Shown here piece after piece: positions 55,191 to 64,000 of a stretch of DNA of 64,000 bases. The stretch is from Patescibacteria group bacterium (GTDB taxonomy: Bacteria > Patescibacteriota > Minisyncoccia > UBA6257 > GWB1-50-10): contig JAMCYI010000006.1 in the NCBI GenBank assembly GCA_023474215.1, positions 65,452-129,451 of the forward strand. The letters are read 5' to 3'. Numbering within the stretch: the first letter of the stretch is position 1; every line of letters begins with the position of its first letter. A model generated the notes under the pieces. The model was not told where the DNA came from, did not search any database, and saw only the letters and a list, made by a program, of their open reading frames with translations. Both the position numbers and the translations under genes were made by a program.

Positions 55191-57434
55191 CTATACCGAA
55201 ATCTCGCACGTACCTCCGACGCACGCAAGCTCTTTTGCACCTTGCGTTTCGTCTTCCCGTTCATAGAGAAGGATTTGGGAAAAATCGACTTGCGGGAATG
55301 CAGAAACCAACTCGTCGTACCGCCCCTTGGAAATTTCCTCATACGGCGCGAGCTGGTATACGAAGTCCTCCCGGGGCAAGAACGAAAGCCCTCCCAGCAT
55401 GTCCCAATTCTTATAAAGCCAATCCGCCACTTCGACCCATTCGTTTTCACCGACGGAAATAGTGACCGACGGATTATGCTCGGTGTAATTTTCCTTAACC
55501 ATCTTCCAATATTCGAGCTGCTCGATGGCGGAAAGGTCGTTCTTCACGATCGATTGGTCCGGCGCTTTCACCGGAAATTCAAGGACATATGTCGTCGCAT
55601 TTTCACTCGACTGGCCAACTTCGGGATGAAACGGGATCTTTTGATCGCGGAGCATCTTGAACAAGCTGTCTGTCGCGGAAATGCGTATCCGTCGGATATA
55701 GTACTGTGCGTGCCGCGGATGGAGACCTGATGCGGCATCGACGAGTTGTGATACCGTCCCGGAGGGCTTTACGCACGTGACGGACGCCGACTGATTGATG
55801 CCGAATTTCTTTGCATAGACCTTGTTGGTCTCAACCGCCATTTCTTTCAGCCTCCGAAGCGTCGAGGCGTTCCGAACGGCCGGCGAGTCCCACTGACCGG
55901 TGATCGAGACGCCGAGAAGCCGTTCTTCATCGCAATTTTTCTTCCATTCGGGAGAAAGGTACTTAAAATTGGTCAACGTCGATTGATAGGTACCCAAAAT
56001 GGCCGCGAGGCGCGCCTTTTTCAGCAACGTTTCCTCGGTATCCTCGAAACGAGCGACGATTTCCGATAAATTACAGAATTCCTTCGATCGAAGGACTATT
56101 TCGCCGCATGGATTGGTTCCCGACGTCGGATAATGGGCTTTGAAGTTCTTCCAGCGCCGCTCGGGCATTTGCCGCTCGAGGCCTCCCCTGTTGAAAATGC
56201 CCCGTTCGCCGCTGCCGCTCTTCGTAAGGGATAGCCATTCCTCGAGGAAGGTGGCAGCCGAAGGTTTTTCATTGTAAACGGCCGAATTGTTCGCCATTGC
56301 TCGCTGCGGTTCCGTAAGATAGAACTGCCCAAACTTCGCCGTCTGCATGTCCTTATCATCCAAATCGGAAAGCGATATAAGCGCTGTGCGCCGCACGCCG
56401 CCCATCACGACCACTTCCCCGATTTTGCAAACAATATCATGAACGTCCAAAGTCGACAGCCGTCGTCCTTGCTTTGCAAGTATTTTTCTCCGCGCGAATT
56501 CAAGGACGGAACGCAAGGGATCCGGGCCTGAACTTCGACCGCCCATGGTCTTTAAGCGAGCGCCCTGCGGTCGTATCTTTGAAAAATCAAAATCAATATC
56601 TTTGCCGTCAAACCATGTTTCAAGCCCCAAGACCAAAGCGTCGGACCAACCTTCCTTGCTGTCATCAATCACGTGCACCGGAATCTTTTCACCGCTCTGC
56701 CGTTTGATCAAAGGGAGCTCCTCCACATTTTGATGTTCGACGGAAAATCCGACGCCCGCTCCGCACATCGAAAGGTACATGATCTCGCCGAAGTCGCGCG
56801 GGCTGGACGGCGCGACGAACGAGCAGTTGTATGCCGTGACGTTCGTCACTTCCGCAGCATGTCCCGCGCCCCACAGGAGGCGCATCGACGGCATAACGTC
56901 CTGTCGGAGGATCGCTTGCTTCAATTCTTCATACTCCTCGTCGGTCAATTTATTTCCCAAATTCTTTTTCATGAAGCCCACATACCGCTCAACGGTTTCG
57001 ATCCACGTTTCGCGGCGGCCTTCTTGATCGAGCCAGCGTGAGTAAGATCGATAATAAATGAATTCGCCCAAAGGATTTCGGAAATATTTTTTACTTTCGC
57101 GAGCGAGGTCATGCACATAGTCGGGAATCGCCTTTTTCGATTCCCTGAGCTTTGCCCGCTCTTCGCGGTACAAAATATATGCCTTCGCCGTCTGCAAAAA
57201 GTCGGCAGCCATCAATTCTTCTTCGACGGTGTCTTGTATTTCCTCGATGCCGAGGACATGATCGGAAGAAAACTTCTTTCCGAGCGAACGCACGACTTTT
57301 TCCGAGACGTTTGCGGCTTCTTTTTCGCTCCCTTCTCCGGTCGCCTTCATCGCTTTCGCGATTGCGCGCGCTATTCGTTCCTCATCAAAGGGAACAACTT
57401 GACCTTCTCGCTTCCGAACCGACGTGAATGACAT
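55191..57434 (-). CDS. nrdJ: Class II (adenosylcobalamin) ribonucleotide reductase, RTPR type, with ATP cone
   Basis: VRKREG ATP cone, YNCS, GGVRRTA, TNPCGE, VKPSGT, C-terminal CVGGTC. Confidence 0.92.
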   Translation of the reverse strand: MSFTSVRKREGQVVPFDEERIARAIAKAMKATGEGSEKEAANVSEKVVRSLGKKFSSDHVLGIEEIQDTVEEELMAADFLQTAKAYILYREERAKLRESKKAIPDYVHDLARESKKYFRNPLGEFIYYRSYSRWLDQEGRRETWIETVERYVGFMKKNLGNKLTDEEYEELKQAILRQDVMPSMRLLWGAGHAAEVTNVTAYNCSFVAPSSPRDFGEIMYLSMCGAGVGFSVEHQNVEELPLIKRQSGEKIPVHVIDDSKEGWSDALVLGLETWFDGKDIDFDFSKIRPQGARLKTMGGRSSGPDPLRSVLEFARRKILAKQGRRLSTLDVHDIVCKIGEVVVMGGVRRTALISLSDLDDKDMQTAKFGQFYLTEPQRAMANNSAVYNEKPSAATFLEEWLSLTKSGSGERGIFNRGGLERQMPERRWKNFKAHYPTSGTNPCGEIVLRSKEFCNLSEIVARFEDTEETLLKKARLAAILGTYQSTLTNFKYLSPEWKKNCDEERLLGVSITGQWDSPAVRNASTLRRLKEMAVETNKVYAKKFGINQSASVTCVKPSGTVSQLVDAASGLHPRHAQYYIRRIRISATDSLFKMLRDQKIPFHPEVGQSSENATTYVLEFPVKAPDQSIVKNDLSAIEQLEYWKMVKENYTEHNPSVTISVGENEWVEVADWLYKNWDMLGGLSFLPREDFVYQLAPYEEISKGRYDELVSAFPQVDFSQILLYEREDETQGAKELACVGGTCEISV

Positions 57435-57544
57435 GATGGTTGAAAAAAATAAAATTTGGACCGACTTTTTTAAAACTTTTTTCGAGGTACCAATAATTTT
57501 AAACCCGTTCCGGAACCCCCAGAAGTGGATAACTCGAAAAATTG

Positions 57545-57570
57545 AAAATCCGCCTCATCGGCGGATTTTT
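57545..57570 (-). terminator. Terminator after ftsZ
   Basis: aaaatccgcc..ggcggatttt. Confidence 0.7.
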
Positions 57571-57598
57571 CAGCTCAAAATTTGACGAAGGAGCGAGT

Positions 57599-58834
57599 TT
57601 ATTTCTTCTTTTTTCTGAGGAATGCGGGTATTTCCCACGGTTCCTGTTTTTCCATCTTATTTCCTTTCGCCGGACGTTCTGGTTCTTCCGCTTCCACTTC
57701 GATGATCGCTTCGACGCTCGCTTGTTTTTTCGATTCTTCTCCCTTCTTACCTTGATTTTCTCCGGTCTTCGGTTCGTTCACCATAAAGAGATTCGGTACG
57801 GCACGTTTTTCGGAAAACATCCCGTTGAAACCGGTTGCAATGACGGTCACCTTGATCGCCTTATCCTTCAATGTCCGATCGTGGTATGCCCCAAAAATAA
57901 CCTTTGCTCCCGAATCAAGATTCGCGGATATCGCCTTTGCAATATCGTTGATCTCGGACATTTTCAAGTCTCTCGTACCAGCGATCGAAAAGAGCACTCC
58001 CTTTGCGCCGTCGAGGGTCACTTCGAGAAGCGGCGAGTTGATGGCGGATCCGACGGCTTTGATTCCGCGATCCGGCCCCGTCGCCGTCCCGATGCCGATC
58101 AGGGTCGTGCCGGCTTCCTTGAGAATCGATTTAATGTCCGCGAAGTCGACATTGATGATCCCCGGCATATTGATGAGTTCCGAGAGAGCTCTCACCGCTT
58201 GTTTCAAAACATCGTCGATGTATGAGAACGCTTTCGTGACCGGCGTATCTTTCTGAATGACGGTAAAAATGCGATCGTTCGGGATCACGACCAGCGAATC
58301 GACTTTTTCTCTCAGTCGATTGATACCGTCCTGCGCGATCGTCATCCGTTGCGTTCCTTCGAATGAGAATGGCTTCGTGACGACTGCCAAGGTCAATATT
58401 CCCTTTTCTCTCGCGATCTCCGCGATCACCGGCGTTGCACCGGTTCCCGTTCCGCCGCCCATCCCAGCCGCCAAAAAGACGATGTCGGCACCTTCGAGGA
58501 CCTCACCGATCTCCGATCGGTTTTCTTCGGCGGCTTGTTTCCCTATTTCCGGATTCATGCCGGCCCCCAAACCCCGCGTCAAAGCTTTCCCGATGTAGAG
58601 CTTCTTATGCGCCAGCGTATAATCCAAATCCTGCTTGTCGGTGTTCACGGCAACGAACTCGACGCCGCGCGGGCGTTCTCCCATCATCATTCGCGTTACG
58701 ACATTCCCGCCGCAACCGCCGACACCGACCACCTTGATCTTCGTAATGCCGTCCATTTTTTTAACCTTTGTTTCTCTCGGCACGCTCGTTTTTTTCTTCG
58801 CGGACCTCCTCCCCTTCCTTATTGCTTTAGCCAT
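57599..58834 (-). CDS. ftsZ: Cell division protein FtsZ
   Basis: GGGTGTG, NVDFAD, C-terminal EIPAFLR. Confidence 0.98.
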   Translation of the reverse strand: MAKAIRKGRRSAKKKTSVPRETKVKKMDGITKIKVVGVGGCGGNVVTRMMMGERPRGVEFVAVNTDKQDLDYTLAHKKLYIGKALTRGLGAGMNPEIGKQAAEENRSEIGEVLEGADIVFLAAGMGGGTGTGATPVIAEIAREKGILTLAVVTKPFSFEGTQRMTIAQDGINRLREKVDSLVVIPNDRIFTVIQKDTPVTKAFSYIDDVLKQAVRALSELINMPGIINVDFADIKSILKEAGTTLIGIGTATGPDRGIKAVGSAINSPLLEVTLDGAKGVLFSIAGTRDLKMSEINDIAKAISANLDSGAKVIFGAYHDRTLKDKAIKVTVIATGFNGMFSEKRAVPNLFMVNEPKTGENQGKKGEESKKQASVEAIIEVEAEEPERPAKGNKMEKQEPWEIPAFLRKKKK

Positions 58835-58835
58835 A

Positions 58836-60053
58836 TTACGGAAGTAAATTCCTCAAGAAATCTTTGATTGACCTTATTTTTTGGATCGGCCTCGTGTTTT
58901 CTTCCGAGGATTTAAGCATTAAACCGACTGCAACCGCGAATTCCGGGTCGTCGATCATTTCTTTGTGGGCCGGGTTCAGAATTTCAAACCGTGAGAGGTT
59001 CGGAAACCCGACTTGAGCTGGCAACCTCATTTCCCCGCGGAGCATTTCATCCATCTTGTACAACTTGACTCCCCCGCCGGTCGCTACCACCCCTCCCGGA
59101 AGCTGCACGTTTCGGCCGATCGCCTTGATTTCATTATTTATTAAATCGAGCATTTCCGCAACTCTCACCTCGATGATCTCGGTCATGAATTTTCTCGACA
59201 CTTCGCCTTCACTTTTGCCATCGACGTCGGCGAGCTTGATAACATCCCGTTTTCCGACCCCCGAAGCCGTTGCCGAACTGTAACTCACTTTCAACTTCTC
59301 AGCGAGATCGATGGGAATTTTGAGACCGATTGCAATATCGTTCGTGATATACGAAGATCCGATGGGAATCGTCTTTGCGTGGAGGATTTTTCCTTCCTCA
59401 AAAACGGCGATGTTCGTCGTTCCAAAACCGAAGTCGATGAGGAGCACGCCCAAATTTTTTTGTTTTTTTGAAAGGACGGCTTCCGCCGCGGCGAGCGGAC
59501 TGAATACCAACCCGCCGATCGAAACATCGATCGAATCGAACAATTTCACCAACGGACTTATTTGAGATGAAACGCCTTCAATGATCAAGGTTTCCACTTC
59601 CAAGCGATTGCCCGGCATGCCCAAAGGATCCAAAATATCCCCAATGTCATCGACAAAATACTCTTTGATGATATTGTGAAGAACGAACGAATTGGGGCTT
59701 GCTTTGAAAGCGAGTGATAATTGATTTACCTTTTCGATGTCTTCGCTTCGTATCTCCCGCTGCACGTTCGAAATGGCGACCGCACCTCTCGAGGGACGCG
59801 GCTTGACGTGCTCGCTTTGGACGTTCACAAAAACATTTTCAGCCGCCCTCTTGTACATTTTTTGAACATCTTCGAAGAGTCTTCCCAATGCGTCGGCTGC
59901 TTCTTCAAAATCGACGAGCACTCCCTTCCGAAAACCCGCCGACGGCTGTTTAAAAACCGACACGACGGACAATAATCCGTCTTTTTTTTCTTCGGCGACG
60001 ATGCCCTTAAACTCCGAGGACCCTACGTCGAGGCTGGTTAAGATTTTTGGCAT
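58836..60053 (-). CDS. ftsA: Cell division protein FtsA
   Basis: LDVGSS, IDFGFGTT, ITNDIA, TGGG, AVAVGL; precedes ftsZ. Confidence 0.95.
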   Translation of the reverse strand: MPKILTSLDVGSSEFKGIVAEEKKDGLLSVVSVFKQPSAGFRKGVLVDFEEAADALGRLFEDVQKMYKRAAENVFVNVQSEHVKPRPSRGAVAISNVQREIRSEDIEKVNQLSLAFKASPNSFVLHNIIKEYFVDDIGDILDPLGMPGNRLEVETLIIEGVSSQISPLVKLFDSIDVSIGGLVFSPLAAAEAVLSKKQKNLGVLLIDFGFGTTNIAVFEEGKILHAKTIPIGSSYITNDIAIGLKIPIDLAEKLKVSYSSATASGVGKRDVIKLADVDGKSEGEVSRKFMTEIIEVRVAEMLDLINNEIKAIGRNVQLPGGVVATGGGVKLYKMDEMLRGEMRLPAQVGFPNLSRFEILNPAHKEMIDDPEFAVAVGLMLKSSEENTRPIQKIRSIKDFLRNLLP

Positions 60054-60475
60054 AGTTGATTCCAGATTTTCCGCTCCAAGTTATTCATTATTATACTCTC
60101 TTTTGCACCTTCGTGGGTATACCCCAAAAGGTGGAGAATTCCATGAACCACCAAAAACCCAAGCTCGTCCCCTTTTTTCTCCGCCCAGTCGGGAGCCAGG
60201 AACAATTCCCCGATGAACCGGGTTCGACCAAGATCGGGCCGCGGTACCGAAAAAGGAACTTCAAAGCTCAAAACATTGGTCGGCTTCGGTTTTCCCCGAT
60301 ACTTCCGATTGATGGATTTCATCGTCGCGTCCGACACGAGGAAGATCTCGAGCGAAATTCCCCGCTTCCGAAGCTTCTGTAACGAACAAAGAGCCGTCCG
60401 CTGGAGAGCTCTTTCGAACTTTTTAAATTTCTTTTTCTCAGAAAAGACGGGGGCAATCGAGGCGGACATGAACAT
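60038..60475 (-). CDS. ybeY: rRNA maturation RNase YbeY
   Basis: NRKYRGK..PTNVLSF, HGILHLLGYTH. Confidence 0.93.
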   Translation of the reverse strand: MFMSASIAPVFSEKKKFKKFERALQRTALCSLQKLRKRGISLEIFLVSDATMKSINRKYRGKPKPTNVLSFEVPFSVPRPDLGRTRFIGELFLAPDWAEKKGDELGFLVVHGILHLLGYTHEGAKESIIMNNLERKIWNQLCQKS

Positions 60476-60937
60476 TCAGGAACTTAATTTTTCCTTGACC
60501 AACTGCCCTACCCGTGAAGCCTCTGCACCTCCTTTGGCGCGTTTCATTACTTCGCCCATCACCTTGCCGAAATCCTTCGGTCCGGCAGGTCGGACACTCA
60601 CAATCGCTTCCTCGACGATTTTTTCCAGGTCAGCATCGGACATTTCGGGCGGCAAATACGATCGAATGCACTCCAACTCTTTCTTTTCTTTCTCCGCCAA
60701 ATCACTTCTTCCACCCTTCTCGTAAACCTCAAACGATTCGCGCCTTTTCTTGGCTTCTTTTTTTAACACCTCCTCAACTTCTTCGTCGGTAAGCTTTTCT
60801 CCGAGGCCCTTTCCCCTCTTTTCAATCTCCCTCGTTTGAATGCTCGAAAGGAGAAACCGAAGCGTGCCAACTTTGAAGTCGTCCCTTGATCTCATTGCTT
60901 CCTTCAGGTCTCCGCTTATCCGTTCTTTGAGTTCCAT
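60476..60937 (-). CDS. GatB/YqeY domain protein
   Basis: KKRRES..GRSDLAEKE..YLP, GKVMG. Confidence 0.93.
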   Translation of the reverse strand: MELKERISGDLKEAMRSRDDFKVGTLRFLLSSIQTREIEKRGKGLGEKLTDEEVEEVLKKEAKKRRESFEVYEKGGRSDLAEKEKKELECIRSYLPPEMSDADLEKIVEEAIVSVRPAGPKDFGKVMGEVMKRAKGGAEASRVGQLVKEKLSS

Positions 60938-60941
60938 GTTC

Positions 60942-61160
60942 CTATTTTGCGGAATATCCGAGTTTCCTCATTTTCTTCACTTGGCGGGCTTTTGCGCTCT
61001 TATAGACCGCCGATAATTTTCTCTTTCTCCGATTCACGGGGCGGCTCGAGCTCTTCCTTTTTCTTACCTCCTTCAAAACGCCGCTCTGCTGGACCCGCTT
61101 ATTGAATCGATACAAGAACGAGCCCGTACTCTCATTTTTCCTTCTTTTAACTTCTATCAT
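60942..61160 (-). CDS. rpsU: 30S ribosomal protein S21
   Basis: VKRRKNES..RF..VQQSGVL.EVRKR; upstream of yqeY. Confidence 0.85.
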   Translation of the reverse strand: MIEVKRRKNESTGSFLYRFNKRVQQSGVLKEVRKRKSSSRPVNRRKRKLSAVYKSAKARQVKKMRKLGYSAK

Positions 61161-61201
61161 TTTTGTTTTTACTTTTTATATTGTTTTATTTTTACGACCC
61201 T

Positions 61202-61612
61202 TTACTTCACCGTCAAAATTTTCATCCTTATTTCTTCCAAGCCTTCGCGTGGCGGATTATTGACCACAGAATGAACCGATCCTCCGCCGTCATCGTTCCA
61301 TCGCGGCATGATATGGATATGCAAATGATCGACGGTTTGCCCGGAAACGCGACCGTGATTCACGCCGATCGTAAAACCATCCGGCTGGAGCGCTTTTTGA
61401 AGAAGACTTGTGACTTTTTTCACCGCAGCAAAAACCGGTTCCACCGCCTCGGGCGGAAGATCCAAAATGTTCTCGGCGTGTACTTTCGGGATCACCATCG
61501 TGTGCCCCGGCGAACGGGGGTGAATGTCCAAAATGCCAAGTGTCGCGTCGTCCTCATAAATGATGGAGGCCGGAATTTCCTTGCTGGCTATCTTACAAAA
61601 AAGGCAATCCAT
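61202..61612 (-). CDS. HIT family protein
   Basis: CLFCKI, GQTVDHLHIHIMPR. Confidence 0.95.
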   Translation of the reverse strand: MDCLFCKIASKEIPASIIYEDDATLGILDIHPRSPGHTMVIPKVHAENILDLPPEAVEPVFAAVKKVTSLLQKALQPDGFTIGVNHGRVSGQTVDHLHIHIMPRWNDDGGGSVHSVVNNPPREGLEEIRMKILTVK

Positions 61613-61615
61613 ACC

Positions 61616-62899
61616 CTATTCATTATTGAGCCTTTTCTTCACTTCTTCAACCAGCTTGTCGACGAGGATCGTTTCCTGGATGCCGGAGGTCATATCCCGC
61701 AGAATCACGGTACCGTCAAAAACTTCCTTTTGTCCCAAGAGGAGCGCCAGTTTGATGCCCATCCGTTCGGCGGTCTTTATTTGAGCTTTCAGCGTTTTCT
61801 TACCTACCATTTCGACGACAGCAACGCCGGAGAGCCGAAGTTTGTTCATAAGCTTCAAGGCACCCTTCTTTGCTTGATCGCCGATGACCAAAAAGAAAAC
61901 CTTCGGCTTTGACTTGAAGCGCGGTTCCACATTTTGCCGCTTCATCGCTTCCATGACCCGCTCGACCCCAACATTCGCCCCGACGGCCGGAATTTGCCGT
62001 TTGAATACCGCTTCGGAAAGATAATCGTACCGGCAACCGAATGCCAAGGGGTACGGCATTTCAGGCGTACGGAATTCGAATGTCGTCCGATTATTGAGAT
62101 CGCCCGTCGAAACCATGTTCGGATCCGGCTCGTAGGGTATGCCGTTGTCTTCTACGAGTTCGAGCACCGATTTCAAATGATTGTTACAGCTTTGACAAAG
62201 GTAATCGAAAATGATCGGCCCTTCCAACCGGATCGCCTTGCACTTTTCTTCATTGCACGAAAGCAGCAAAAAGGGATTGATCTCAAAATTCCTGGCGCAA
62301 GTTTTGCAAACATCTTTTAATCTTCCCCGATAATAATTCTGCAGTTTATGCTTGAAGATCCCGTGGCACGTATGACAGCCCGAACTTCCGATCTTCAGAA
62401 CGACGTTCGCGAGCCTCAAACTCTTAAAAAAGTCGTAGAGAGCGATGATGATTTCCCCGTCGTATATCGGGTCCGCTTCGCCGATCACCTGAAATCCGAA
62501 TTGATGGAACTGCCGCAGGAAATATTCATCCGTCTGAACGTCGCGAAAGACTGGACCGAAATAAAAGACTTTGAGCGGATATGCAAAGTACGCCAATTTA
62601 TTATCGATGAAGCTCCGGAGAACGGACTCCCGAAAACTGAACCGAAGTGCAGCTTTCATCTTTCCCGCTTTCAACGGAAAGAGTTCACGCTCGAGGACGT
62701 CCCGATCGCTGCCGAATGCGTTCTCGAAAATTTCATATCGCTCCACGGCGGAAAGCCCCATAAAATTGAAGTCGTGGAGTTCGCTTACCGCCTTGCCGGT
62801 TTCAAGAAGCTGCCGCCAATACGCTTGATTCCTCGGCAGGATATCCGGCATTCCTGCGATTCCCCATACCGCTTCATGACTTTTTGGTTTTTGTTTCAT
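61616..62899 (-). CDS. Degenerate histidine--tRNA ligase paralog
   Basis: HisRS layout (GMPDILP, GPVFR..RQFHQ, RYD, GVER, anticodon domain) with His-binding motifs altered. Confidence 0.85.
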   Translation of the reverse strand: MKQKPKSHEAVWGIAGMPDILPRNQAYWRQLLETGKAVSELHDFNFMGLSAVERYEIFENAFGSDRDVLERELFPLKAGKMKAALRFSFRESVLRSFIDNKLAYFAYPLKVFYFGPVFRDVQTDEYFLRQFHQFGFQVIGEADPIYDGEIIIALYDFFKSLRLANVVLKIGSSGCHTCHGIFKHKLQNYYRGRLKDVCKTCARNFEINPFLLLSCNEEKCKAIRLEGPIIFDYLCQSCNNHLKSVLELVEDNGIPYEPDPNMVSTGDLNNRTTFEFRTPEMPYPLAFGCRYDYLSEAVFKRQIPAVGANVGVERVMEAMKRQNVEPRFKSKPKVFFLVIGDQAKKGALKLMNKLRLSGVAVVEMVGKKTLKAQIKTAERMGIKLALLLGQKEVFDGTVILRDMTSGIQETILVDKLVEEVKKRLNNE

Positions 62900-62908
62900 G
62901 CGTGTCTC

Positions 62909-63472
62909 TTATCCGGCAGTCGTCGACGTACCGTATGCCGGCGCGCCGAATGCAGCGATATCTTGAAAAGGCCACAAGCGGAGCCGCACGACCCCCACGA
63001 TATCGCTCGACGGCACCGGCCCCCAACTCCTCGAGTCGTAACTATAGTTCCGGTTGTCACCCATGACAAAATACTCGTTGGAGCCCAAGGTTTCGGTGAA
63101 GTTTTGGCTCACATTCATGGGTTGGTCGATGTACGGCTCGTTCAACACGAGATGCTCGCTTTGATCCGTTACCATGACACGCCCATCCTTGATGGTCACC
63201 GTCTCCCCCGGAAGCCCGATAACCCGCTTAATGAAATACTCAGCCGGGTCTTTGGGGTAGCGGAGAACGATCACTTCTCCCCGTTCGGGGGTCCGGAAAT
63301 GATATGTCAGTTCGTCGACCAAGAGATAATCACCGTTCTGAAACGTGGGCACCATGCTTGATCCCGAAACGAGGAAGGGCTGGGCGACGAACGCCCTGAC
63401 CAAAATCACAGCCGCGACGGCTATGGCTATGGTTTCGAGCATCTCGACGATTGACCAGAACACTTTTCGCAT
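62909..63472 (-). CDS. lepB: Signal peptidase I
   Basis: SGSSMVPT, IKRVIGLPG, GDNR..S.DSR. Confidence 0.96.
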   Translation of the reverse strand: MRKVFWSIVEMLETIAIAVAAVILVRAFVAQPFLVSGSSMVPTFQNGDYLLVDELTYHFRTPERGEVIVLRYPKDPAEYFIKRVIGLPGETVTIKDGRVMVTDQSEHLVLNEPYIDQPMNVSQNFTETLGSNEYFVMGDNRNYSYDSRSWGPVPSSDIVGVVRLRLWPFQDIAAFGAPAYGTSTTAG

Positions 63473-63494
63473 CGTTGATGTATAATTTTATGCA

Positions 63495-64000
63495 ATGAAC
63501 GACAAAATTGCAACTTTGAGAATCATCGTCGGTTTGGGAAACCCGGCTGCCGAATACCGAGGAACATACCACAATGCGGGGCACTTGTTGCTTGATTTCC
63601 TTGCCGGCAACGAGACCGAGTGGAAAAAGGCGGACCTCTTCCGGTATGTACGACAAGGCGACCTCATTCTCGCGAAGACTGACGTCTTCATGAACGAGTC
63701 GGGAAAAGCAACAAAGAAGATTCTCTCGTATTTCAAACTGAAACCAGATGCGATGACGATTGCACATGATGATTCGGACCTCGTGATCGGGGAATACAAA
63801 ATTCAATTCGGCCGAGGTCCCGCCGGACACCGCGGCGTAGCATCCATTCTTTCGGTCCTCAAAACGAAAGATTTCAGAAGAATCCGCATCGGAGTACGCC
63901 GACCGCAAGAACGATCAAGAAAAAAAGCCGGTGATTTCGTATTGAAAAAGATAGGAGCGAGCGAGCTCAAAATTCTCGACGGCGTTTTTCGAGCGATTAC
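63495..64000 (+). CDS. pth: Peptidyl-tRNA hydrolase (runs off window end)
   Basis: Manual translation MNDKIATLRIIVGLGNP..TYHNAG..FMNESG..HDD..GHRG..RIRIGV. Confidence 0.93.
   Translation, partial: MNDKIATLRIIVGLGNPAAEYRGTYHNAGHLLLDFLAGNETEWKKADLFRYVRQGDLILAKTDVFMNESGKATKKILSYFKLKPDAMTIAHDDSDLVIGEYKIQFGRGPAGHRGVASILSVLKTKDFRRIRIGVRRPQERSRKKAGDFVLKKIGASELKILDGVFRAI

Noticed and set aside
55191-57545. Intein or intron in nrdJ, NrdR box or cobalamin riboswitch upstream
   Set aside because: Length and motifs are continuous; no NrdR palindrome or B12 box is visible, only a one-mismatch DnaA-like box.

Overview
A 64-kb chromosomal segment that looks like a Patescibacteria (CPR, Parcubacteria-like) genome. 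This is inferred from gene content and order (lepB-hisS-HIT-rpsU-yqeY-ybeY-ftsA-ftsZ, class II RNR, DUF5652/DUF5666/RNHCP-type proteins, many orphans); the genetic code is standard. About 60 CDS cover protein export, tRNA modification, DNA repair, efflux, thiol redox, sugar enzymes and cell division. There are two tRNA genes: tRNA-Lys(UUU), and tRNA-Asn(GUU) split inside the anticodon by a 192-nt group I intron. No CRISPR array, transposase or integrase was seen. The main unexplained signal is a set of structured non-coding elements. Two ~150-bp copies share a three-way-junction fold and loop motifs (GCwTGGTwTyCGCGAAGCGGA and TCGCTGG) but have different stems; one is inserted in frame in tgt and the other overlaps the 3' end of a PAP2 gene. 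Other points of interest are a degenerate second HisRS, a candidate leader-peptide attenuator in front of an orphan gene, widespread leaderless promoter architecture, a P3A-type H+-ATPase, and orphan proteins with charged N-terminal leaders. Structures were paired by eye; no searches were run.
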